From NCBI GenBank assembly GCA_965208675.1, contig OZ242351.1, forward strand, positions 1,696,001 through 1,760,000: a stretch of DNA of 64,000 nucleotides, written 5' to 3'. Both the position numbers and the translations under genes were made by a program. This stretch comes from Candidatus Poribacteria bacterium (GTDB taxonomy: Bacteria > Poribacteria > WGA-4E > PCPOR2b). Every line of letters begins with the position of its first letter. Within the stretch, counting starts at the first letter, position 1. Positions 8,649-17,056 of this stretch are shown here, piece by piece. The notes under the pieces were generated by a model. The model had not been told where the DNA came from. It made no database searches and saw only the letters and a list, made by a program, of their open reading frames with translations.

Positions 8649-9569
8649 CTAAGATTTGTAATAGCTATGCAGCAGTTCCATCGAGTCGATATTTCGGTCT
8701 CGATAGACCTGTTTTAAGCCCGCGGTTTCGTCGTAGCGCAAGGCGCCATGGGTGAGGGTTTCGACCTCGTCAAGATATTCGACGACGGAATCCACGTCTA
8801 GCTTAAAAATCTTTCCGGGGCTTTTTGGTGAATATGCAATTTCACCCAGCGCTAGGGAGTTTCTATCGTCAAATTGAGTTTCCCAAAATTCGGACAGCGC
8901 AGCGGCGAAAACCTCGGTCGGCAGCGAATCTTTTGGTCCGCGATGAAATTGAAATGTCGTTTCGTCGGCGGAATCGGAGATGAGGTTTAATTCAACGAGC
9001 GGACAGTTGAAAGAATCTTCCAGAATCGTGGTTTGTGTTAGCCGAGAGGGGACGTAGGTGCGGAGAAAACAATCGACATCGCGTTTTATCGAATTTTCTG
9101 CCGTACTTTTCGCACCATTTCTATTCGACCAGTTTATCAAATCGGAGGTAAACTTCTCCTTCCTAAACTCACTCTGGGCAAAAACACCAAACGCCCAATA
9201 CCACGTGGTGGCGCGGTTGGCGTTTGCCGCGAGTTGCGCGTGGATTAACCAGAGGGTCGCGGTGTCCTCAAGGTATGGGTCGAATCCGTCGTCCGCGAAA
9301 ACCGCGTTGCCAAGGTCGGTCGGCTCAAATTGCGTGCGATTATCCTTTGCCTTGATGAGCCCCGCTGCAGTGCACCAGTGGCGAATGGAACGCACCATGT
9401 TCTTGCCGACGCCGAGCGTGATTGTGGCGCGGTCGCTGGTGAAGACGGCGGGGTCATTTGTCACGGCGTCAACGCCTTTTTTCAGCCAGGTGTAGCGGAA
9501 CGGGAAGGTTTCGTGACCGGAGAAGGAGGGTTTGATTTTTTCCGGGGGAGAATTTGAACTCGGCATCAC
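8649..9569 (-). CDS. sspB: DUF4007 protein, SspB-like nickase
   Basis: FSGHETFPFRYTWLKKG, LGVGKNMVRSIRHW, DPYLED...TLWLIH, and C-terminal ETAGLKQV. Confidence 0.85.
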   Translation of the reverse strand: MMPSSNSPPEKIKPSFSGHETFPFRYTWLKKGVDAVTNDPAVFTSDRATITLGVGKNMVRSIRHWCTAAGLIKAKDNRTQFEPTDLGNAVFADDGFDPYLEDTATLWLIHAQLAANANRATTWYWAFGVFAQSEFRKEKFTSDLINWSNRNGAKSTAENSIKRDVDCFLRTYVPSRLTQTTILEDSFNCPLVELNLISDSADETTFQFHRGPKDSLPTEVFAAALSEFWETQFDDRNSLALGEIAYSPKSPGKIFKLDVDSVVEYLDEVETLTHGALRYDETAGLKQVYRDRNIDSMELLHSYYKS

Positions 9570-9691
9570 ATCATCCCCTGCGACATTGTGGTTGAGTCCA
9601 TATCGGACTAGGCATCAACAAACCCGGTAGTGCTGTATCTCGATTTATTTTCGACCCTATACTTAGATTTGGAGACGGTTTGGGCATGGTG

Positions 9692-10030
9692 TTACAAATT
9701 GGCGATGGCGGCGCCTTCATTCGGAAAGATTCCGGCGTGTTGGACTAGCCCCATGATTTTGAACGTCCGCTGGATTACCGGCGTCAAGCTGCAGAAGTGT
9801 ACGACGCCCTCCTGTTGGTGTATCAATTCAATAATCTCGATTAATATTGAGATTCCAATGCTGTTAATGAGCCGCGTTTGTTCAAGATTTATGACAAGTT
9901 TCGTATAGCCTTCAGCTATGAGTTCTTTCGCCGTATCCGCAAGTTTCTCGCCGGAGGGGCCGTTCAAGTACCCCTCGGTTTGAATCACCGCATACGTGTC
10001 TTCTGTTCGCGTGACCAGATTGAATCGCAT
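9692..10030 (-). CDS. STAS-domain anti-sigma factor antagonist (RsbV/SpoIIAA-like)
   Basis: LVINLEQTRLINSIGISIL phospho-Ser motif; adjacent to an RsbW-like gene. Confidence 0.85.
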   Translation of the reverse strand: MRFNLVTRTEDTYAVIQTEGYLNGPSGEKLADTAKELIAEGYTKLVINLEQTRLINSIGISILIEIIELIHQQEGVVHFCSLTPVIQRTFKIMGLVQHAGIFPNEGAAIANL

Positions 10031-10061
10031 TTACCGTCACTCCTCGTTCAATGCCCCATCT

Positions 10062-10511
10062 TCAAGCGTTGGAGAACGCCTCACTATGAATCGGAGCCAT
10101 TTTCCGCTTAATCATGGTTATGGTCGTTCCCTTATCGCTGCTTTCGATACTGACTTCGTCCATCATGTTCCGGATAATCTCCAGTCCCCATCCGCGTTTC
10201 TTTAACCCGACCTCGCCGATTTTTGCAGGCTTGGCATGATCGAGCCGAAAGCCGACGCCGCAATCCGAAATTTTCAGTTCCAACTCATTATCCCTCATGA
10301 TAAATTTTATGGAGACCCGATTGTCCTCACTTTTGCTGTGCTCGAAGGCGTTAATGCAAGTTTCGATTATCGCGAGTTGAATCTCATCAATATCGTCTTC
10401 GTCAAAATCCATCATCTCGGCGAGGCTAAAGGCGGTTTGCGCCGCGGCGAGTTCAATGTTCGGGAACATTGGAATAATGAGAATGACTTCGCGATTGACT
10501 TGATTCGACAC
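10062..10511 (-). CDS. Anti-sigma factor Ser/Thr kinase (RsbW/SpoIIAB-like)
   Basis: LAIIETCINAFEH, ISDCGVGF, RGWGLEII and GTTITM motifs. Confidence 0.85.
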   Translation of the reverse strand: MSNQVNREVILIIPMFPNIELAAAQTAFSLAEMMDFDEDDIDEIQLAIIETCINAFEHSKSEDNRVSIKFIMRDNELELKISDCGVGFRLDHAKPAKIGEVGLKKRGWGLEIIRNMMDEVSIESSDKGTTITMIKRKMAPIHSEAFSNA

Positions 10512-10542
10512 CTTTTAATCTCCTCATACAAGGCATTACATT

Positions 10543-11244
10543 CTACTGATTCTCCCATTCCATGAAAAGAAACAGCGGAATCTGACGAAGTTTTTTTAAT
10601 CGGGGCGCGGCTTGTATCTGCTCATCTGTCGGAACGGGTTCATGAAAGCGTTTCAATCGGAATCCGTGGTCAACCAGCGGGTTCATAAAGTCCGAAAGTG
10701 GTTTGTGCCTTCGCAGAACGGGATGACTAAATTCGGTGGTAACATGTTCGTTCCAGACGTGTCGGCTGAAGTAGGCTTGGCGATGCGTAAAGTGATCAGA
10801 AAAGCAGGGATGAAGAATGCTCATCAACAGGTAACCGTCCTGCTTTAGGACGCGCCGCACTTCAGAAATACTCCCTTCGTAGTCCTCTACATCCATCAGA
10901 CTCATAGCAGCGACGACGATTTCAAACGAGTTTTCCACGATTCCGTCAAGATTATTGGCATTCCGCACCAGAAACTTAATTGAATAGTCTGAGCGCGCCT
11001 CTGCGATGTTAATCATCTTTTCACTACCGTCAATTCCGGTGACATCCGCCCCGCGTTTTTTGAGTACGCGGCAATAACCACCCTCGCCGCAGCCTAGGTC
11101 GAGAATCCTCTTGCCAGACACGTCATCAAGCCGCTCAAGCGTAGCAGGCGTCAGAAACACATTGCGATAGTCGTTCGTTTCAACATGTTGCACCCAGTCG
11201 TCGGCAACTCTATCCCATGAACGAATTGTACAATCTTCTTTCAT
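10543..11244 (-). CDS. Class I SAM-dependent methyltransferase
   Basis: ILDLGCGEG motif I; VTGIDGS. Confidence 0.85.
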   Translation of the reverse strand: MKEDCTIRSWDRVADDWVQHVETNDYRNVFLTPATLERLDDVSGKRILDLGCGEGGYCRVLKKRGADVTGIDGSEKMINIAEARSDYSIKFLVRNANNLDGIVENSFEIVVAAMSLMDVEDYEGSISEVRRVLKQDGYLLMSILHPCFSDHFTHRQAYFSRHVWNEHVTTEFSHPVLRRHKPLSDFMNPLVDHGFRLKRFHEPVPTDEQIQAAPRLKKLRQIPLFLFMEWENQ

Positions 11245-11417
11245 GAAAGTTTTTCCTCGCGGGCAGCCTCGCCGCAGTTGATACCGCGTTGCGCCTTACG
11301 ATAAATATATCACTGCCATTTGCGAATGTCAACGCCGAAATACGATTTCAGATGTCACCTGACTCCACAGTTGATGAGTCGAGCATTCATACCTTCTTTG
11401 CCGACTGTTGCCGCAAT

Positions 11418-12554
11418 TTACGAGAGGACGACGACCTGTCCGCTGGCTGCTGAGCGATAGCCCGCAGAAATGACGGCGATGGATTGGGCCGCCATCTCCG
11501 CGTTCATCTCGCTTTCTACCCCAGATTCGATACAGTCGACGAAGGCACGGGCATCGTAATGCTGGGTGCGTTCTACCGTGAAAGGGATCCACGGGCGTTT
11601 GGGCGGGGGTTTGTCCTCCTGAGTGCTGCGCCACATGCTCATGGGATCCACAGAGGGAGGCGGAGGCGGTTGGAAGGGCGGTTCATCCGCAAAAATCTCG
11701 AGCCGAGGCTGCCAAGCGTCAAAGGTCAACACCCCGCGTGTACCGACTAGATGAAGGCACTGTACACCGCGGCTCATCCAGCCGATGCGGCCTCCTGAAA
11801 CTGTGGCAGTCACGCCGTCGTCCAGCGTTAGCACCAGCGCACCGAGATCTTCGATATCGCAGGACAAGTGCTCCACGAAGAAGTAGTTTGCCGTGGTTCC
11901 AAAGACGGTTTTTACCGATTTTCGGCTGAGCCAATTCACCATCGTTACTGCATAGACGCCGATGTCAAACATCTCCCGCTTCGCCTCGACGAAGGTGTAA
12001 CGCTCAACAGCCGGCTTTTCGATCCGTTTGCGGCCGACCGGTGCGGTGCCCGCGTTACCTTTACCGAACAAGACATCGCAATGGATGGCGCGCAGTTCGC
12101 CGATTTCACCGCTATCAAGTGCCCGCCGAGCGGCGCCCGCCCATCGGCTGTACACGTTGCTGAACACCTGGCTCCGGACACCGGCGCGTTTAACCGCAGC
12201 GACAATCGCTTGCGCGTCTTCAACAGTTTTTGCAAGCGGCTTATCGAGGTAAAGGTGTTTTCCCGCCTGAGCGCACTGGACAGCGACCCGGCCGCGCCGT
12301 TCGGTTTCGACGCAGACGCTGACAATGTGGACATCATCACGCGCTAGGGCTTCGCTTAGATTGCGGAGATAGGGGATTCCCAATTCTCCTGCGAGACCTC
12401 GATTGAGTGCGATACGTTCCGACGGGGCATCAGGTTCATCAGAGACGGCGATTAGGCGGCAGCGCGGATCTGCCGCAAAACCTAGGGCGTAATTTTCTTG
12501 GTGCGTCCGGAGTCCGCCGAGGAGTAGTACGCCGTATTTTTCTTGGATTGGCAT
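11418..12554 (-). CDS. Gfo/Idh/MocA family oxidoreductase
   Basis: AGKHLYLDKPLA, GEIGELRAI and DIGVY motifs. Confidence 0.85.
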   Translation of the reverse strand: MPIQEKYGVLLLGGLRTHQENYALGFAADPRCRLIAVSDEPDAPSERIALNRGLAGELGIPYLRNLSEALARDDVHIVSVCVETERRGRVAVQCAQAGKHLYLDKPLAKTVEDAQAIVAAVKRAGVRSQVFSNVYSRWAGAARRALDSGEIGELRAIHCDVLFGKGNAGTAPVGRKRIEKPAVERYTFVEAKREMFDIGVYAVTMVNWLSRKSVKTVFGTTANYFFVEHLSCDIEDLGALVLTLDDGVTATVSGGRIGWMSRGVQCLHLVGTRGVLTFDAWQPRLEIFADEPPFQPPPPPSVDPMSMWRSTQEDKPPPKRPWIPFTVERTQHYDARAFVDCIESGVESEMNAEMAAQSIAVISAGYRSAASGQVVVLS

Positions 12555-12617
12555 TTACGTTTACACCCTCAGATTAGTTTGGATCAGACGGTTTTTGCAA
12601 GGTGGTTGTGTCGAGTA

Positions 12618-12652
12618 TAGAAACCGAGTTTTCAAGGAAAAAACTCGGTTTA
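12618..12652. repeat. Short palindrome AAACCGAGTTTT-n-AAAACTCGGTTT
   Basis: Second copy at 13481-13515; the two copies bracket the 220-bp triplication. Confidence 0.7.
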
Positions 12653-12750
12653 AAGAATCACAATCTGCTCCGGTGGAGCGCAAGAGCTATCGTCATTTAC
12701 GCGGACGTAGTGCGGAGGCGCTGCGGGTGTTGAATTCAGTTGAACTCATT

Positions 12751-13410
12751 GTAGATTACGCACATCGTGCACAGGTCCAACGTTTTCTTCATAACGAGAG
12801 GTTAAAAAGCGTTGGGTTTCGCTACGTCTTGGGAAATTTCAATCGTCATGTATTACCGCAGCGCAATAACACTATGGTACGCATTTCACCAAGACCGCTC
12901 TACCCAACCTACAAGACTATCGCCCTCACTATTCGGTCGGTTGATCTCTACCCAACCTACAAGCGCTAATTGTAGATTACGCACATCGTGCACAGGTCCA
13001 ACGTTTTCTTCATAACGAGAGGGTAAAAAGCGTTGGGTTTCGCTACGTCTTGAAATTTTCAATCGTCATGCATTACCGCAACGCAAAGAAATTATGGTGC
13101 GCAATTCACCAAGACCGCTCTACCCAACCTACAAGACTATCACCCTCCCTATTCGGTGGTTGATTTCTACCCAACCTACAAGAGCTAATTGTTGATTACG
13201 CACATCGTGCACAGGTCCAACGTTTTCTTCATAACGAGAGGTTAAAAAGCGTTGGGTTTCGCTATGTCTTGAAATTTTCAATCGGCACGCTCTACCGCAA
13301 CGCAATAACACTATGGTACGCATTTCACCAAGACCGCTCTACCCAACCTACAAGACTATCGCCCTCCCTATTCGGTCGGTTGATCTCTACCCAACCTACA
13401 AGAGCTGATT
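12751..13410. repeat. Tandem triplication of a ~220-bp non-coding unit
   Basis: Units start at 12751, 12972 and 13191 (GT[A/T]GATTACGCACATCGTGCACAGGTCCAACG...). Each has a CCAACG/CGTTGG hairpin and two CTACCCAACCTACAAG motifs. Confidence 0.9.
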
Positions 13411-13480
13411 GATAATCGAGGCTAGGAAGCCTCTACCACAAACCAATGAGTACATGTGAATTTTGTAGTTTTAATGACTA

Positions 13481-13515
13481 TAGATACCGAGTTTTTGTCA
13501 AAAACTCGGTTTCTA
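13481..13515. repeat. Short palindrome TAGATACCGAGTTTTT-GTC-AAAAACTCGGTTTCTA (possible bidirectional terminator)
   Basis: Near-perfect inverted repeat directly after the stop of the 13517 gene. Confidence 0.7.
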
Positions 13516-13516
13516 T

Positions 13517-13963
13517 CTAGTTGAATTCTACAGGAGTTGCGGTTTTGAGTGCCGTCTCTATCGGCGCTATTAATTCCTCACCGCCGCTGAATTCAATCGG
13601 CGGCTGCATACGGCAGTGACGCCCACCAGGCGTGTCATGATGGATCACACCCTTATTTCCGACTAGCAATAGGTTTACGGATGCTTCACCCACTGCTGGG
13701 ATTCGATTAAGGCTGAGCATCGCTGTCTGCCCACCGGTATATTGAACCATCGCTGTCATCTGCGTTGCGTCTGCTGTATCCGGAATGTAAATTAGTTCCG
13801 GTTCGGACGGCATCCAAGTGTTTGCGGCTGCAGCCACAGCCGCCATGCCGCTCACAATACTGGCGCCGGTTAACGGAATCTGCACCATACACCGCAAGAA
13901 TACCGGACTGCCAATTCGCCCTTCGGCGATAACCGAGCTAACGGACTGTTGAAGTAATTTCAC
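13517..13963 (-). CDS. Hypothetical protein resembling a stand-alone Gfo/Idh/MocA C-terminal domain
   Basis: GTG 13963 with GAGGGGG RBS. 'IAEGRIGSPVFLR...LLLVGNKGVI' echoes the C-terminal half of the 11418 protein. Confidence 0.55.
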   Translation of the reverse strand: MKLLQQSVSSVIAEGRIGSPVFLRCMVQIPLTGASIVSGMAAVAAAANTWMPSEPELIYIPDTADATQMTAMVQYTGGQTAMLSLNRIPAVGEASVNLLLVGNKGVIHHDTPGGRHCRMQPPIEFSGGEELIAPIETALKTATPVEFN

Positions 13964-14014
13964 GATGCGCCCCCTCTCGTTGAACCACACCATCTCTAAA
14001 CTGCTTAACGTCAC

Positions 14015-14043
14015 TTGACGGGACTAGCAAACTGTGTTAAAAT
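14015..14043 (+). promoter_or_regulatory. Sigma-70-type promoter for the rhodanese gene
   Basis: TTGACG-N17-TAAAAT with TG extended -10. Confidence 0.6.
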
Positions 14044-14086
14044 TCGGAATCAGCGATACCCAAATATCTTAATGGAGATAGAATTT

Positions 14087-14530
14087 ATGCGCGGAAAAAC
14101 GTTGGAACAACTTGTTTCTGAAGCTAAGGCGAACATCGGACGCGTCTCCGATGAGGAACTCAAGTCGGCTATCGAAAACGAGGAGCAGATTGTAATTTTA
14201 GATGTTCGCGACAAAGACTTGTATCTGACGGGACATCTTCCCGGCGCGATTTCACTTCCACGCGCCGCCATTGAACTTGACATTGACGAGGTTGTGCCTG
14301 ACCAAGATGCAAAGGTTGTTACGTATTGCGGCGGCGAAACTCGCGGCTCTCTGTCGGCGCATACCCTTCAAATCATGGGGTACGAGAACGCCTCCGTGTT
14401 GAGCGGTGGATTTCGAGGTTGGAAATCTGCAGGGTTGCCGCTTGAAAAATCTGTGGTGACAGGGGGACCTCAAGACTGGACACCTCTGGAATTGGCGGCT
14501 GAAGAGGAAGGTAGTCAGGATTCATCCTAG
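14087..14530 (+). CDS. Rhodanese-like sulfurtransferase
   Basis: ILDVR, GHLPGA, active-site YCGGETRG and LSGGFRGW; GGAG RBS before ATG 14087. Confidence 0.85.
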   Translation: MRGKTLEQLVSEAKANIGRVSDEELKSAIENEEQIVILDVRDKDLYLTGHLPGAISLPRAAIELDIDEVVPDQDAKVVTYCGGETRGSLSAHTLQIMGYENASVLSGGFRGWKSAGLPLEKSVVTGGPQDWTPLELAAEEEGSQDSS

Positions 14531-15086
14531 ACGCAAAACGCATACACCGGCACCCCTTATACCGCGTCTTGTATTCAGTGCGATCCCATCGGTTGACATC
14601 ATTGCCCCTTAATCCGTTAATAGCGCCTTAGATTGACTTTATGGCCACTACAACTAAAGACTGCACATATTTATCCGAAGAAAGGGGCGTGTCAACCTCC
14701 CTAGCCGCAATATAAGGGGGTATCTAATGTGTGTAAATATACATGTAAATGGACTTTGGAACGAGTTTTCGCTGTGAGGGAGTATATCATAAGGTTGCTG
14801 TGTCAGGCAACGCCTATTCCAGCGTGGATAGCGAGAAGCTGTAGCCGTCAAGGTGATAGCGGATATGATACAAAACACTATCCCCCTCTTACTCCCCCTT
14901 GGCAAGCTTACTATTACCCACAAGTCTCTGGTGTTAAACGCCGTCTATGTTGAGGCTAAGAACAATTGTTCCTTTCGGTATGGTGTAAACTGAGGGAGGG
15001 ACATCCCGTCCCGATAATCAGGGCTAGGAAGCCCTTCCCACAGGTGAAAACCACAGAATATTTGTGTGTTGGTAAAGGAATTACAG

Positions 15087-16109
15087 ATGTTGAAACGGCT
15101 GATGCTGGTTTTACTCCTCACGATTACTTTGTTGGGTTGCGGCAGTGAGCAGAAACCGCTCCATGTCTTCACGTGGGCAAATTACGTCGGTGATGAGATT
15201 AGAACGGGATTCGAGAAAGAATTCGGCGTGCGGGTCGTTGTCGATGTGTTCGCGAGCAACGAAGATTTGCTGGCTAAATTGAAATCGGGCGCCTCCGGTT
15301 ACGATGTTATAATGCCGTCGGATTATATGGTTGCGATAATGGTCAAAGAGAACCTGCTATCGCCTCTGGATTTGCCCAAGATTCCGAACTTCAATAACAT
15401 TAGCGAGCAGTTTCTGAAACGGGATTTCGATCCGGAAAACCGGTATTCCATTCCGTACACGTGGGGAACAGCGGGCATCGGCTACGATTCGTCCGTTGTT
15501 AAACCGCCGCCCGACAGCTTGTCCGCGCTGTGGGACAAGCGGTACATCGGCAAGTTTAGTATGCTGGACGATCAACGGGAATCCATCGGTGCGGCGCTTA
15601 AACTGTTGGGGTATTCGGTTAACAGCACCGATCTCCGTGCGCTTGCGGAAGCCAAAGCGAAGTTAATTGAGCAGAAACCGCTGGTCAAACAGTATAAGAA
15701 CGAGGCGGACGAAATTCTAGGCTCCGGCGATGTGGTGATGGCGCACTGCTGGAGCGGCGACGCCTTCCGGGCAGCCGCGCGCCGTCCAAGTATCAAGTAT
15801 GTAATTCCCAAAGAGGGCGCCACCCAGTTCATTGACACCGTCTGCATTCCGGCATCAGCACCGAATAAAGCGGCCGCGGCGCAGTTTATCAACTATCTAC
15901 TTCGTCCAAAGATTAACGCGAAGGTTACCGAATTTACAAAATACGGCACCTGCGTGCCCGCGGCGCGAGAACACCTTCCCGATGCGCTGCGTAATCATCC
16001 GGGCATCTACCCCCCGGAAGAGGTTTTAAACAAGCTTGAATCGCTGAGGGATCTTGGAGAATTCACCCGGAATTACGATCGGGCTTGGACCGAGGTCAAG
16101 GCGAAGTGA
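15087..16109 (+). CDS. Spermidine/putrescine ABC substrate-binding lipoprotein (PotD/PotF family)
   Basis: Lipobox LLGC; FTWANYV, SNEDL, PSDYMV, PYTWGTAGI and WSGDA motifs. No permease or ATPase genes adjacent. Confidence 0.85.
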   Translation: MLKRLMLVLLLTITLLGCGSEQKPLHVFTWANYVGDEIRTGFEKEFGVRVVVDVFASNEDLLAKLKSGASGYDVIMPSDYMVAIMVKENLLSPLDLPKIPNFNNISEQFLKRDFDPENRYSIPYTWGTAGIGYDSSVVKPPPDSLSALWDKRYIGKFSMLDDQRESIGAALKLLGYSVNSTDLRALAEAKAKLIEQKPLVKQYKNEADEILGSGDVVMAHCWSGDAFRAAARRPSIKYVIPKEGATQFIDTVCIPASAPNKAAAAQFINYLLRPKINAKVTEFTKYGTCVPAAREHLPDALRNHPGIYPPEEVLNKLESLRDLGEFTRNYDRAWTEVKAK

Positions 16110-16154
16110 CAACGTCATGGGATTTTGTTCTGAGTGAAATCGCCTTGAATAGCC

Positions 16155-16970
16155 TTATGACCTGCATTCCTCGGTATGAATAACTTCCCCTACCAGAAAC
16201 TTCCGGACACATCCGTGTTCATCTCGTATCAGGAGCCCGCCATCTTGATCGATTCCCTCATCTTTACCCTCAATAATCTTAAATGCCGTTTGAACCTTGA
16301 CGCCTCGCCCAATCGTGGCTGAGAGCGTATTTGCACGTGCGATTAAAGATGCAACGTCGCCGTTTTTCAGGTGCAGATAGTATCCCTCTAGCCGATGCAA
16401 AATGAACTGAATCACTGCTACACGAGAGAATGCCGTTCCTGCTTCGATACGTAAGGACGTCGCGGAAGCCTGTAATTCCTGCGGAAATTCAGTTAGTAAT
16501 GTGTTGACATTGACGCCGAATCCCATGACGAGGAAGGGTTGCCGATCCTGATCATACTCCAGCTCGGTCAAGACGCCGCTCAATTTTTTTCCGCGGATGA
16601 GCACATCGTTGGGCCACCGAATCGCCGCGTCGAGATTCGTCAGTTCGTGGATTGCCACGGCAATGGCGGCTGCACCGGCGATGCTGGGCAACCCTATCTG
16701 GTTCGCCAACAACCGATGCCGTAGGATTAGCGATGCGAGGATACTTGAACCGGGCGGCGCGTGCCACCGCCTCCCGTACCGTCCGCGGCCGGCGATTTGG
16801 CTTTCTGCCAAGATTAGCGTCCCATCCGGGGCGCCCTCAACCCCGTGTTTTCGAGCAAGATCGTTTGTCGATTCAACTTCGCCGTAACATTCAATCTCGC
16901 GTCCGACTGTTTGGGTTCGGAGCCCATCCCGGATTTCGGATGCCGTCATTTTCATCGCTGCTAAGGTCAT
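16155..16970 (-). CDS. birA: Biotin--[acetyl-CoA-carboxylase] ligase, without N-terminal HTH
   Basis: STND, QIAGRGRYGRRW, RWPNDV, KLSGVL and GVNVN motifs. Confidence 0.9.
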   Translation of the reverse strand: MTLAAMKMTASEIRDGLRTQTVGREIECYGEVESTNDLARKHGVEGAPDGTLILAESQIAGRGRYGRRWHAPPGSSILASLILRHRLLANQIGLPSIAGAAAIAVAIHELTNLDAAIRWPNDVLIRGKKLSGVLTELEYDQDRQPFLVMGFGVNVNTLLTEFPQELQASATSLRIEAGTAFSRVAVIQFILHRLEGYYLHLKNGDVASLIARANTLSATIGRGVKVQTAFKIIEGKDEGIDQDGGLLIRDEHGCVRKFLVGEVIHTEECRS

Positions 16971-16992
16971 TTAGGTTCAATATTTACACAAT

Positions 16993-17046
16993 AAGGAATC
17001 GACCAATCGATAATCGAGGCTAGGAAGTTTCTCCCACAGACCAATG
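16993..17046. repeat. REP-like repeat copy (same family as 3730)
   Basis: AAGGAATCGACCAATCGATAATCGAGGCTAGGAAG...CCCACAGACCAATG. Confidence 0.75.
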
Positions 17047-17056
17047 CGTGTCGGGG

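Noticed and set aside
1917-9569. BREX type 4 or Dnd system
   Set aside because: No pglZ, brxL or dndD/dndE is seen in the window. The DUF4007-ATPase-PAPS reductase order fits SspBCD.
9692-10511. RsbW/RsbV pair as part of the ssp defence system
   Set aside because: Same strand and 122 nt upstream, but it is an ordinary partner-switching pair with no evidence beyond adjacency.
12595-13323. ORFs 12595-12969, 12812-13015 and 13129-13323
   Set aside because: They are translations of the non-coding repeat units, with no RBS or protein motifs.
12751-13410. CRISPR array (six CTACCCAACCTACAAG motifs)
   Set aside because: The intervening sequences are themselves repeated and alternate between two lengths; there are no unique spacers and no cas genes.
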